From Candidatus Micrarchaeota archaeon (GTDB lineage Archaea > Iainarchaeota > Iainarchaeia > Iainarchaeales > JAGVWC01), in contig JAZDJR010000024.1 of assembly GCA_043803815.1 (NCBI GenBank), forward strand, positions 1 to 29,898: a stretch of 29,898 bases of DNA, in the 5' to 3' direction. Shown one piece after another: positions 17,384 through 26,900 of this stretch. Below the pieces are notes generated by a model. That model worked only from the letters and a program-made list of their open reading frames with translations, searched no databases and was not told the origin of the DNA. The first letter of the stretch is position 1. Each line of letters begins with the position of its first letter. The translations under genes and the position numbers were made by a program.

Positions 17384-18018
17384 AATACGCCAAAGAACTG
17401 CGGGAAGAGTTCTCAAAAAAACCGGTTTTTTCGCTTCGCGATATCCGAACACGGTTCGCAGCCAAAAAAATCAGCTCGGCTTATGCCAACGTGCTGTTGA
17501 ACCATCTGCTGAAGCGAAACGAAATGCATCGCATTGCCAGAGGATTCTATTCGTTCCACAACGATCCTAACGTGATAGCGTTTGCCATCCAGCCATCCTA
17601 TTTTGGCCTGCAGGACGCCTTGTCTTTTCACGGCTTATGGCAGCAGCAAACCATTCCCATTCTGATAACCCCTAGGAAAATCCGGAGCAGTTTTCGCCTT
17701 GTTTTAGGTTCCAAGGTATTGGTCAAGCGGACCCAACGAACCATGTTTTTTGGCATTGAAATGAAAAAATACCTGGATTTCTGGGTTCCGGTTTCGGACC
17801 CTGAAAAAACCCTCATTGATTTTTTTTATTTCAGCCAGCCGCTGGAAAAAACCGTTCTGAAAAAATTATTGAAAAAAACCAATCCAAAAAAATTGCGGGA
17901 ATACCTCAAACAAGTGCCGAAAAAAACGCGAAAAAAAATCGAAAAAGCGTTAAAACTACGGCACAGGTTCAATGAACTCTGGAAAAAAGCAAAAAAACCG
18001 AAAAATGGCAGAAATTAG
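17380..18018 (+). CDS. AbiEi-like antitoxin (winged-HTH regulator)
   Basis: wHTH ending RIARGFY, PSYFGLQDALSFHGL..Q, VSDPEKTLID; ATGA overlap with the toxin gene. Confidence 0.85.
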   Translation: MKYAKELREEFSKKPVFSLRDIRTRFAAKKISSAYANVLLNHLLKRNEMHRIARGFYSFHNDPNVIAFAIQPSYFGLQDALSFHGLWQQQTIPILITPRKIRSSFRLVLGSKVLVKRTQRTMFFGIEMKKYLDFWVPVSDPEKTLIDFFYFSQPLEKTVLKKLLKKTNPKKLREYLKQVPKKTRKKIEKALKLRHRFNELWKKAKKPKNGRN

Positions 18019-18953
18019 AATCGCACGATTTCCCTGAATTCGGAAACGCGGTTTTGGATGTCCGCTTTTGAGATTTCCAGCAATCGGTCGCAGGAAAACG
18101 ATTCCGCGTTAAACGAAGCGACCGCGCTTGCGGTTACCATGGCTTTTCGCAGGTTTTTTTCGGTTACTTCTTCTTCGCTGGCAAGGTAGCCAATCAAGGC
18201 GCCGGCAAAAGAATCTCCGCAGCCGGTAGGGTCTTTGACGGTTTCAAGCGGATAGCCCGGAACCGAAAAAAATCCGAAACCGCTTTGCTTTTTTTGATTT
18301 CCAAAAAAATGCTTGGAAAACAAGACCGCGCCGTCTTCGCCTTTTTTTATCAGGGCAAATTCCGAATCCAGTTTCAGGATTTCCTGAGCGGCTTGGGACA
18401 ACTGCGGGGTTTTGAACAGTTCGCGCGCTTCCGAATCGTTCATCATCATAAAATCCGCGAGGCGCACCATTTCCAATACGTCCGAACGCTGCGATTCAAT
18501 CCATAACCTAATGGTATCCGCCAACAATAATTTCGGTTTTTTGGAAAACAATTGCGCGAATTGTTTTTGTTTGGCGGGATTCTCCGTTCCAAGAAAAACA
18601 AATTCGCTTTTTTTCAAACGCTCGGAAAGTTCCGGCTTCAAATCAAGCAGGGCATTCAATTCGACTTTTTCTTCCCGCTCGTTGACGTCAAAGCCGTATT
18701 TTGCAAACCAGCGGAACGATTTTTGGGAACTGTACTGCAAACCGGAAATATCGATTCCGCGGCTTTCCATTTTGTTCAGGAATTCTTTCGGGTAATCGGT
18801 TCCGACGCTTCCCACAACCGCGGTCTTGGAAAAAAAACTGCATCCAATCGCGGCGTAAGGGCCCGAACCGCCGATTGCGTCTTTTACCGTTCCAAACGGA
18901 GTGGTCAGGGAATCGAGGCCGAAAGAGCCGACAACCAATACCTGCGGTTTCAT
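18015..18953 (-). CDS. PfkB/ribokinase-family kinase (possible nucleoside kinase)
   Basis: GGSG, VGSVGTD, N..E (NDSE), KKGEDG, anion hole DPTGCGDSFAG. Confidence 0.92.
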   Translation of the reverse strand: MKPQVLVVGSFGLDSLTTPFGTVKDAIGGSGPYAAIGCSFFSKTAVVGSVGTDYPKEFLNKMESRGIDISGLQYSSQKSFRWFAKYGFDVNEREEKVELNALLDLKPELSERLKKSEFVFLGTENPAKQKQFAQLFSKKPKLLLADTIRLWIESQRSDVLEMVRLADFMMMNDSEARELFKTPQLSQAAQEILKLDSEFALIKKGEDGAVLFSKHFFGNQKKQSGFGFFSVPGYPLETVKDPTGCGDSFAGALIGYLASEEEVTEKNLRKAMVTASAVASFNAESFSCDRLLEISKADIQNRVSEFREIVRF

Positions 18954-18957
18954 GGTT

Positions 18958-19605
18958 TCACTTTTTGTCCATCAATGCGGTCAGTTTTGAAATGACGTTT
19001 TCTATCAGTCCGTCACCGACCAAATCAACCAGCAATCCTTTTTTTCGGTAATATTCAATCAAAGGCTTGGTCTGCTGTTCGTAAATCGCAAAGCGCTTTT
19101 GGATGGCCCGCGGCTGGTCATCGTCGCGCTGGTAAAGCTCTCCGCCGCAATCGTCGCAAACCCCTTCTTTTTTCGGCTTTAGTGTCTTGATGTTGAAAAT
19201 CTTGTTGCAGTTTTTGCAGGTGCGCCGCGAAGTGAGGCGCGACATCAGCACTTCGTCGCTGGCGAAAAAATTAATGACCTTGTCGATTTTTTTCCCGAGC
19301 TTTGCCATTAGTTTGTCCAGCATTTCGGCCTGGTCCAAGTTTCGCGGAAACCCGTCCAGGATAAAACCGTTTTTGCAGTCGGGTTTTCGCATCCGCTTTT
19401 CCAGAATTTCTGAGGAAAGTTCGTTTGGAACCAAGTTTCCGGCATTAATCAACAATCCGATTTTTTTTCCAAGGTCCGAACCCGTGGCTACTTCCTGCCG
19501 GAACAAGTCTCCCGTTGAAAGCTGGGGAATTTTTTTTATCACGCTTAACCGCTGGGCATAGGTCCCTTTTCCCGCGCCTTGCTTGCCTAAAAAAACCAGA
19601 TTCAT
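18958..19605 (-). CDS. adk: Adenylate kinase, long bacterial-type with Zn-binding LID
   Basis: P-loop GKQGAGKGT, STGDLFR, FILDGFPR, CKNC...CDDC, QRDDD. Confidence 0.96.
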   Translation of the reverse strand: MNLVFLGKQGAGKGTYAQRLSVIKKIPQLSTGDLFRQEVATGSDLGKKIGLLINAGNLVPNELSSEILEKRMRKPDCKNGFILDGFPRNLDQAEMLDKLMAKLGKKIDKVINFFASDEVLMSRLTSRRTCKNCNKIFNIKTLKPKKEGVCDDCGGELYQRDDDQPRAIQKRFAIYEQQTKPLIEYYRKKGLLVDLVGDGLIENVISKLTALMDKK

Positions 19606-19676
19606 AATACTCCCCCGTTTTTATTTTTCCCAAGTTTTTTGCTTTCACAAGCAAAAAAGCTGAAAGTCAGATTCAT
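19602..19676 (-). CDS. Candidate 24-aa upstream ORF/leader peptide coupled to adk
   Basis: RBS GGAGGGA (19681-19687) + ATG 19676; MNLTFSFFACESKKLGKNKNGGVL; its TGA overlaps the adk ATG. Confidence 0.4.
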   Translation of the reverse strand: MNLTFSFFACESKKLGKNKNGGVL

Positions 19677-19699
19677 TTAATCCCTCCGATAAAAAACTC

Positions 19700-19716
19700 T
19701 GATTATCCAATAATCA
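19700..19716. promoter_or_regulatory. Perfect 7-3-7 palindrome, candidate transcription-factor site
   Basis: TGATTAT-CCA-ATAATCA upstream of the adk leader. Confidence 0.45.
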
Positions 19717-19731
19717 ACTTATTTACAAAAA

Positions 19732-20703
19732 GGCTCTGTAGAAATCCTTTTTAAATAAAAGAAAACGCTCATGATACTGGTGGTGTCATGAGCATTTATG
19801 GTATCAAGGTTTCAAAGTTTTATAAACTTTGCTTTCGGGTTTTTTCCGAAGTTCGATTCCCGCTTCGGTTTTCGAGGTTCTCGAAAACCATGTACGGAAA
19901 CTTTGTACACGTGTTTTTGCTCGTGTACAAAGAACGGCTAAACGTGTCGTACCGGCGTTTTGTCCGCATTGTCGAAGAGTCCGGACTCTGCCGCATGCTA
20001 TGCATCAAACGCGTTCCCCACTTTACCACGCTGCAAAAGTTTTTGCAACGCGTCAACAAAGCCCTGTTTGAAAAAATGGTGAGAGCCTGCCACAAGTTGT
20101 TGAACCTGAAAAACGTGGAAGCCTGCGTGGACGGCACCGGTTTCTCAAACACCAACCCGTCGCACCACTACATCAAACGCGTGGACGGCGTAGAGGTCAA
20201 AAACTACACCAAAACCACGTTTTTAACCGATAATAACACCAAACTCATTTTGAACGTGAAAACCCATTCAGACCACGCTAGTGAAGCACTGGACTTTGTG
20301 CCGCTCATTCAAGAGTTAAAGTCGGCATTGTCCTGCGTGCTGGCCGACAAAGGCCACGACTCTGCCGCGAGTCGCGAGTTCTGCTGGAACAATGATATCG
20401 AGGTTCACATTCCGTTGCGCGACTGGAAAAACAACCGCCGCGGTTACGGTCACAAAACCCATTTTTCAAAACAAAGAAAAAAAGCTGAAAAACTGTTTGA
20501 CCCAGTCCTGTATCGGCGACGTGCACTCATCGAGTCGGTCAACTCGGCCATCAAACGAACGTTGGGCGATTGGTTGCTGGCCCGCAACCCCAGCAACCAA
20601 CAAAAACAAGCCACCCTAAAAGCCTTGACTTATAACTTGGAAATTTTGGACAAAACCATCAAAATCCGGGTCTATATAAGCGATTGAGGATTTCTACACC
20701 GCC
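19732..20703 (+). mobile_element. Complete IS5-family insertion sequence (972 bp; IS903-like GGC ends, 9-bp TSD)
   Basis: TIRs GGCTCTGTAGAAATCCT / AGGATTTCTACACCGCC (15/17); direct repeat TTACAAAAA at 19723-19731 and 20704-20712. Confidence 0.93.
19788..20687 (+). CDS. IS5-family DDE transposase
   Basis: VPHFTTL, CVDGTG, LADKGHD, YRRRALIESVNSAIKR; intact 299-aa frame. Confidence 0.93.
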   Translation: MSIYGIKVSKFYKLCFRVFSEVRFPLRFSRFSKTMYGNFVHVFLLVYKERLNVSYRRFVRIVEESGLCRMLCIKRVPHFTTLQKFLQRVNKALFEKMVRACHKLLNLKNVEACVDGTGFSNTNPSHHYIKRVDGVEVKNYTKTTFLTDNNTKLILNVKTHSDHASEALDFVPLIQELKSALSCVLADKGHDSAASREFCWNNDIEVHIPLRDWKNNRRGYGHKTHFSKQRKKAEKLFDPVLYRRRALIESVNSAIKRTLGDWLLARNPSNQQKQATLKALTYNLEILDKTIKIRVYISD

Positions 20704-20755
20704 TTACAAAAAGAAAAGGTTAAAAGCCTCGTTGAAGTTATTTTATGGGCAAATA

Positions 20756-23704
20756 ATGAACTCTAATCCTCAAAAAAAAGGCCAATCAGCTCTTGAATAT
20801 TTGATGACTTACGGCTGGGGGTTGGTTGTTGTTGGAGTTGTTATTGCGGCGCTTGTGTTAATTAATCAACCTTCGCTTATAGCCAACAGTACTACCGGGT
20901 TTAACACCAGTTTGCTTGTTAAAAATACGCTTTATCCGAAAAGTGCGTATGAACCCTTGCAGCTCATTATTGTAAACCAGAGCGGTCGCACCTTAAGCGG
21001 CGTAACGCTTGCCGTTAAAGTCAATGGTGCGAGCATTACCGGGACAACCATTGTTGACCCGCAAATCCTCAAGCCCGGCCAGCAAGCCAGCCTGTTTTTT
21101 ATGCCCACTACTCCCGCTAAATGGTCCAGTGGAAAATTGCAAGTCGAAATTATGATTACCGCGCAAGACCAGGACCTGTTTCAAAAAGCCAGTACCGGAC
21201 AAATCACTTTTCAAGTAAGCCCAAGCGGACCCATCTGCTATTCGATTGTCCTTGAACCATCCACGATTACGCAAACCGGCGGCACAGCCGCTGTCACGTT
21301 ATTATACGACAACTTATCCGCGCCTGTTACGGTTACCAATTTTGATTGTAGTGGTGGCATTGCCGGAGGCGCATCATTCGTGTGCACTGACGGTTCTTGT
21401 AGCGGAAAAACCTGCGGCAACTATACTGCGGGCGAAGAAGGATCGCATTCGATCACAGCTACGTTAACTTACGCGGGCGGAACGGTTACGTGCCCGGCCA
21501 CCACTCTGACCGTCAGTACGCAACCGCGCTGCACGGCGAGTTTTAATCCAAACTCGATTTTCACAACCGGTTCAACGGCGTTGGATATAACTTCTTATAA
21601 CAATTTTACTGGAAAACCAACCACAGCTTCAGGCGTGGTTTGCGGAGACGGCGCGGGTCCTAACGGAACTCAACCGGTTTCGTGTACTGCTGTGGGAAAC
21701 GGAACCTGTTCGGGTTTGTCCTGTAGCGGATACGCGCAGGGAATCTATAGCGCTCCGGCGGTTACGGTTTCATTAATGAACGGTTCTACCCCAATTTCGT
21801 GTTGGGTTGATAACACGCTTACGGTAAACACGCCTCCCGTTCCCGCGTGCAATTTTACCGCGCCGGCCAGCGGCGCTACGCCGTACTTTTCGGGGACTCC
21901 GCTGGCTGTTCCGGTAACCGTTTCGTATAGCACTTTTTCGCCGGTTCCAAACCAAAGTTATTATAGCGACCCTAACACTTCAACTTCTCCTAAAATTCAA
22001 TGCGTTTCCGGAAATCCGGGAACAGAAGTACCTCTTACTTGCACCAGCAGTCCGTGTACGGGAACTTGCACGTACACCGACGGCGGAAGCAAAGCGTTAT
22101 CCGCTATCGGATTGAAAAATTCAACAAGCGGCCAAACCGCGTTGTGCACCGGAACGCCGACTATTTCAATCGGTTATTGCGGGGATAGCCAATTGCAAAC
22201 CTCGAACGAACAATGCGATAGCAACTCTCTTTTGAACGGAAAAGACTGCACCACAGTTCTAGGCGGATATACTGGCGGAACCTTGGCTTGTAAATCGGAT
22301 TGCACGTTTGACACAAGCGGTTGTTTTTCCACGAATTTGAATGCCTGCGGAACCCCGCTTGGCGGCTGGCGCAACAACCAAACATATACGCTTTTGAACG
22401 ATGTGACCGCTTCTTCGGGCCAGGCCTGTTTTTCGTTTGATGCCGTTGCTTCCAATGTCACCTTAAATTGCAACAACAAAACAATTGCCGGCGATTCGGG
22501 AGCGCCCAACGGTGCCATTGATATTTTAGGAAACGGAAATACGGTTCAGAACTGCATCATTAATAATTCTCCCGCGGGAACCGGAATATACGTAGCCGGC
22601 ACAAACAACAAGCTTTCAAACAACACCATTCAAAACACGACCACGGGAAAATCAATTTGGGTGCTTAGCGGCGGAAACAACCAGCAGCAAGGAGAACAAG
22701 CCAATATTTGTCCTGTCGGAACTTGTTTTGAAACCGACCCGCTTAATTCCAGTTCTTCCAGAATTTGCGGAGATTACGGCGGACGCAATTGCGGAGCACC
22801 AATAGCACTTCCTGCCCTATGCGCCCCACCCGCAGGCGGCTGGATTAGCGGCCAAGCATACACGCTTACAGGACCAATAACCGATACTCTTTCTTCCACA
22901 TGTTTTACGATTAACCAACCCAATATTACCCTGGACTGCCAAGGAAAAACCATCACGGCAAGCAAGACTGGCAGCGTGGGAATCAGCATTACGGCTCCGG
23001 CCCAGAATGTGACTGTTAAAAACTGCACGATTACGGCAGGAAATCAGGGAGTCATGATTGCAGCAAGCAATGCCAAAGTGGAATACAACACGATTTCAGT
23101 GTTTAATACGGGCTACACTTTATCTGTCGCGGGAGTTCTCGCAAATTGCACAGCAAGCCTCTGCACCGGAATCAGCATCAGCCACAACACGTTTCCAAGC
23201 ACTAGCAAAAATCAAGCAGTCTCGGTAAGAGGGGCAACTGGTTTTGGTGTTACTAACAGTACAATTAGTAACAATACCATTGATTATGAAGGAACTACAA
23301 GGACCTACTCCAGCATTTTCTTTGACTCCTTTGTTTATGGGAACACGCTTTCTAACAACTCGATTACAAGCGACAGGAATTACGATAGCGCTGTCGGTTC
23401 CGGTGCCATCATATACATACAAGTTAGTGGACAGAATTCGATTTTGGACAATACCATTAATGCCACTAATTCGACCTCACCCCCAATTGGAATATATACC
23501 GCTGGCGGTACCTGTGCAAACAACAATTTTAGCGGGAACAACTTTTGCACTGGATACTACGGTGCTGCCATTTACAATAATTGCCCCACACCACAAGCAA
23601 CGAACCCAAACAGATGCCCGACAAGCAAATGCTATGATACTCAAGGAACCACTATTTGCGTTGCAAAGAATTCATTCAGCAATTGCAAAGGAACTCCCTG
23701 CTAA
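20756..23704 (+). CDS. Giant type IV pilin-like adhesin (class III signal peptide, Cys-rich Ig-like modules, two beta-helix domains)
   Basis: KKGQ-SALEYLMTYGW + hydrophobic helix; CGD..EQCD...C..GG.LAC..DC.FD.SGC Cys-rich motif; duplicated GGW..YTL...CF...N.TL.C..KTI caps followed by Asn-ladder repeats. The ORF-track start (20684) lies in the IS end, so ATG 20756 is used. Confidence 0.85.
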   Translation: MNSNPQKKGQSALEYLMTYGWGLVVVGVVIAALVLINQPSLIANSTTGFNTSLLVKNTLYPKSAYEPLQLIIVNQSGRTLSGVTLAVKVNGASITGTTIVDPQILKPGQQASLFFMPTTPAKWSSGKLQVEIMITAQDQDLFQKASTGQITFQVSPSGPICYSIVLEPSTITQTGGTAAVTLLYDNLSAPVTVTNFDCSGGIAGGASFVCTDGSCSGKTCGNYTAGEEGSHSITATLTYAGGTVTCPATTLTVSTQPRCTASFNPNSIFTTGSTALDITSYNNFTGKPTTASGVVCGDGAGPNGTQPVSCTAVGNGTCSGLSCSGYAQGIYSAPAVTVSLMNGSTPISCWVDNTLTVNTPPVPACNFTAPASGATPYFSGTPLAVPVTVSYSTFSPVPNQSYYSDPNTSTSPKIQCVSGNPGTEVPLTCTSSPCTGTCTYTDGGSKALSAIGLKNSTSGQTALCTGTPTISIGYCGDSQLQTSNEQCDSNSLLNGKDCTTVLGGYTGGTLACKSDCTFDTSGCFSTNLNACGTPLGGWRNNQTYTLLNDVTASSGQACFSFDAVASNVTLNCNNKTIAGDSGAPNGAIDILGNGNTVQNCIINNSPAGTGIYVAGTNNKLSNNTIQNTTTGKSIWVLSGGNNQQQGEQANICPVGTCFETDPLNSSSSRICGDYGGRNCGAPIALPALCAPPAGGWISGQAYTLTGPITDTLSSTCFTINQPNITLDCQGKTITASKTGSVGISITAPAQNVTVKNCTITAGNQGVMIAASNAKVEYNTISVFNTGYTLSVAGVLANCTASLCTGISISHNTFPSTSKNQAVSVRGATGFGVTNSTISNNTIDYEGTTRTYSSIFFDSFVYGNTLSNNSITSDRNYDSAVGSGAIIYIQVSGQNSILDNTINATNSTSPPIGIYTAGGTCANNNFSGNNFCTGYYGAAIYNNCPTPQATNPNRCPTSKCYDTQGTTICVAKNSFSNCKGTPC

Positions 23705-23785
23705 GGAATTAAATACCAAAACATTTTGAATCTGTTTTCTTTTATTATTCAATTTTTTTGAACGGGCGAGCAAAACGGTTTTTTT

Positions 23786-23950
23786 TTACTTTTTGGCTTT
23801 CTTTTTCGCCCAAAAATCAACTACAATCTGAATTAAATCCCTGCTGAAACTGCGCACCTGCTTATGTTCCAAAAAACGGACTGCAAAACCATTTTTTTTC
23901 GCAATGCCCAAAATCCGCTTTTCAATCTCTTCAAACGGGTTGTCGATTCG
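23786..23950 (-). pseudogene. Orphan C-terminal 54 codons of a Trm5/TYW2 (Met-10+)-like methyltransferase
   Basis: RIDNPFEEIEKRILGIAKKNGFAVRFLEHKQVRSFSRDLIQIVVDFWAKKKAKK* matches the family ending (..VRSYSP....VVDF); no start; in frame behind the upstream TAG. Confidence 0.65.
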
Positions 23951-26900
23951 CTACTTGAATTTCGGCTTCCTTTTTTCCCGAAGCCAAAAAAAGCCGGCCA
24001 ATAGAAGCACTACAACAATCACAATGCCTACAATGGGAGCAACCGGCCCGCCAGTGACTGGCTCCGAGGACGGTGCCTGCGGTTGGAAAACCGACTGGCA
24101 AATTCCCCTTTCGCAAAGCCCGTTTGGACATGCGGTTCCATTGGTGGCAAAAGCAAAAACACAGTTTCCATCTCGGCAATAATCTACTGTGCAGGGGTTT
24201 GAATCGCCGCAGTTTTTTCCTTCACAGGAATTGACTTTTTCGAGTTCGAATAATAGGAGTGGTTTTTTGAATTGTTCCAGTTGTTCTTGGGTTGGAAGCG
24301 TTTCCTTGCTGAAAGTGTAGGAAATGGTTTTGGATTCTTTGGGCTCCAAATCGCCCACTGAAAATGCTACGATGGGGTCGGCTTTCACAATTTCAATTGC
24401 TGTCAAGCTTTCGATTTTAGCGGCATCCAGCAACAAGGATTTGGGGATTTCCTCGAAAACCCGAGCGGTTTTCATTTTCTGGTTGCAAGAATTGGTCACG
24501 TTCAAATCCAAAAATGCCTTGTAGCCAATGATTTGGCCTTGCGCATTCTTAATTGGGTTCACCCGCACGCTTCGCACAAACTGGTTTCCACTGCACAAAG
24601 CGATTTGGTTTCCAGTTCTCACTAACTCCTGCACGAATGGCAATTCCAGCAATTCTCCCGAAGAATCGTCTGCCGAGTACTCCTTGGTTGCTGACAATAT
24701 CGGTTCTTCTGAAGAACCTGGTTCTCCAGATGGATTGGAAATGGCAGTGCAGGTAACGGAGCAGCATCGCACGGAATCGTACGCATTTAACCAACCGCCT
24801 GAACAATTCTCGTCTGCCGTACAAATATCGCTTCCCGAATAATAGAAACAGGCAGGATAACCTCCACCACCCGTATTATTGTTATTTCCGGAGCTAACTG
24901 AAACCGTTACGGTTACATTGGCATCCAAACTGTTGTTGTCCGCGTTATCCGTCGCTTTCATGTAATACACATGGGTTCCGTTGGCTTGATTGGTAAAAGA
25001 ATAATTGGTATTGGTCCCGTTATTGACAAACGCCGAGTTTGCATTGCTGTCCACTGCTACCCAGTATCGCGCAATGCCCGAATTGGAATCGCTTCCCAAA
25101 TATTGGATGGTTACGGTTGAACTGGTGCTTGTGGAACCAGTAACCGGAGAAGAAATGCTGACAAGTGGGGCTGTTTTATCAACCAAAATGTAAACCGTGT
25201 TGATGTCGTCCCAGTTTCCGGTGTTATCAACGGCATTAAAATCCAACGCATAATTTCCGTCCGTGCCAAAGAAAATGTTTGTATCGTAAGCAGTCCACGC
25301 CCCATAACTGACACCTAAGTTTGAATCTGCATCTTTCCGGAAATATTTTGTTGAACAGCCCGAAAACGCATCGGAACAGGTTAAATGGATGTTAGCATCA
25401 GTCTTCTGCCACGCATAATTATTATCCGCCACTACACTGGGATTGGTTTTGTCCACTAAAACATAAAACGTGTTAGTGTCGCCGATATTTCCCGCGTTGT
25501 CAGTACTGTTGAAATCGATTGCCCAGTTTCCGTCGCTGGTAACCAGGATGTTCTTGTCAAACGCCTGCCAATTTCCCCAACTGATGCCGGAACCCGAATC
25601 CGTGTCCAAGCTATACCAAGTACTCGAACAACCAGAAGTAGCATCCACACACGTCAAATGAGCATTGGCATCGTGATTCTGCCAAGTAATATTGCCGTCC
25701 CAGCTTGTTGAGGGTTTGGTGTTGTCTATCATGAAATTGTTGTCCGAGGAATTGAAATCGGTTTGGTTTCCGTCAGTAATGCTTATGAGCAGAAAATAAT
25801 TAGCGTCCACTATGTTTGAGATGTTCCAGTCTATCGAGCATTGTGTTGAATCAAAAAAATTGGTATCCTGACAATGATAAGGGCCGCTGGTGGAAAGACT
25901 GCTCAGATTCAAGTCTCTGACAATGCTGGTTCCGGTTCCTTGTGTGGCGGAAAGAGAATAATTCAGGTCCACCAACAAATTGTTGGTGTCATCTTGCACG
26001 TTAAAATCAATGGTCAGATTGCCATCGCGCGCATACGAAAAGACCGGAAGCGGCTGGTTATCCAAGTAGGAATCAATCCGCGTCAAATTGACATCAGGCG
26101 GCAAATTAACAGTAAGAGAAACACTAGCCGTTGAACTATTATTATCCGCATTATCATTGGCGATTACATAATACGTGTGAAGACCGCTTGTTTGACTGGT
26201 AAAAGAATAGGCAGTATTGGTTCCGTTGTTGACCCAGGTCGTGCCGTCACTAGATACCCAGTATGTCCGAATACCAGAGTTTTCGTCCGAACCCGAATAG
26301 GACAGGTTAACCGTAGAACCAAGCTGCGTAGAACCATTGGCTGGGGAAGAAATGCTAATGGTTGGCGCGGTTTTGTCAATCAAAACGTAAAACGTGTTGG
26401 TGTCTCCGATGTTTCCTGCATTATCCGTTGAATTGAAATCAATTGCCCGGTTCCCGTCCAGCGTAACCAGGATGTTCTTGTCAAACGCCAGCCAATTCCC
26501 CCAACTGATGCCCGAACCCGAATCCGTGTCCAAACGATACCAAGTACTCAAACAGCCAGAAGTAGCATCCACACACGTCAAATGAACATTGGAATCTGTT
26601 TTCTGCCAAACAATATTGCCATCCCAGGAAGTGGAGGGTTTGGTATTGTCAATCATGAAATTCTTGTCTGATGCCTTGAATCCTTCCGCCACGTTGTGAA
26701 AGTACAGTAGCGCATAATAGTTTCCGTCCGCGACATTGCTGATGTTCCAGTCAAAGGCACAGTGCGTTGAATCCAAAAAATTAGTGTCATCACAAGTAAA
26801 AAAACCAGACACAATATTGAAGTCCTTGAATACGCTGGTTCCGGTCGCATACGTTGCATTTGCCGAATAATTAAAGTCAACCGCAAAATTCTGGTCATAG

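Noticed and set aside
20684-20755. N-terminal extension of the adhesin in the ORF track
   Set aside because: It starts inside the IS right end and spans the promoter; the class III signal requires ATG 20756.
25447-26670. Diversity-generating retroelement TR/VR pair
   Set aside because: Differences between copies are not adenine-specific, both copies are in-frame domains, and there is no reverse transcriptase in the window.
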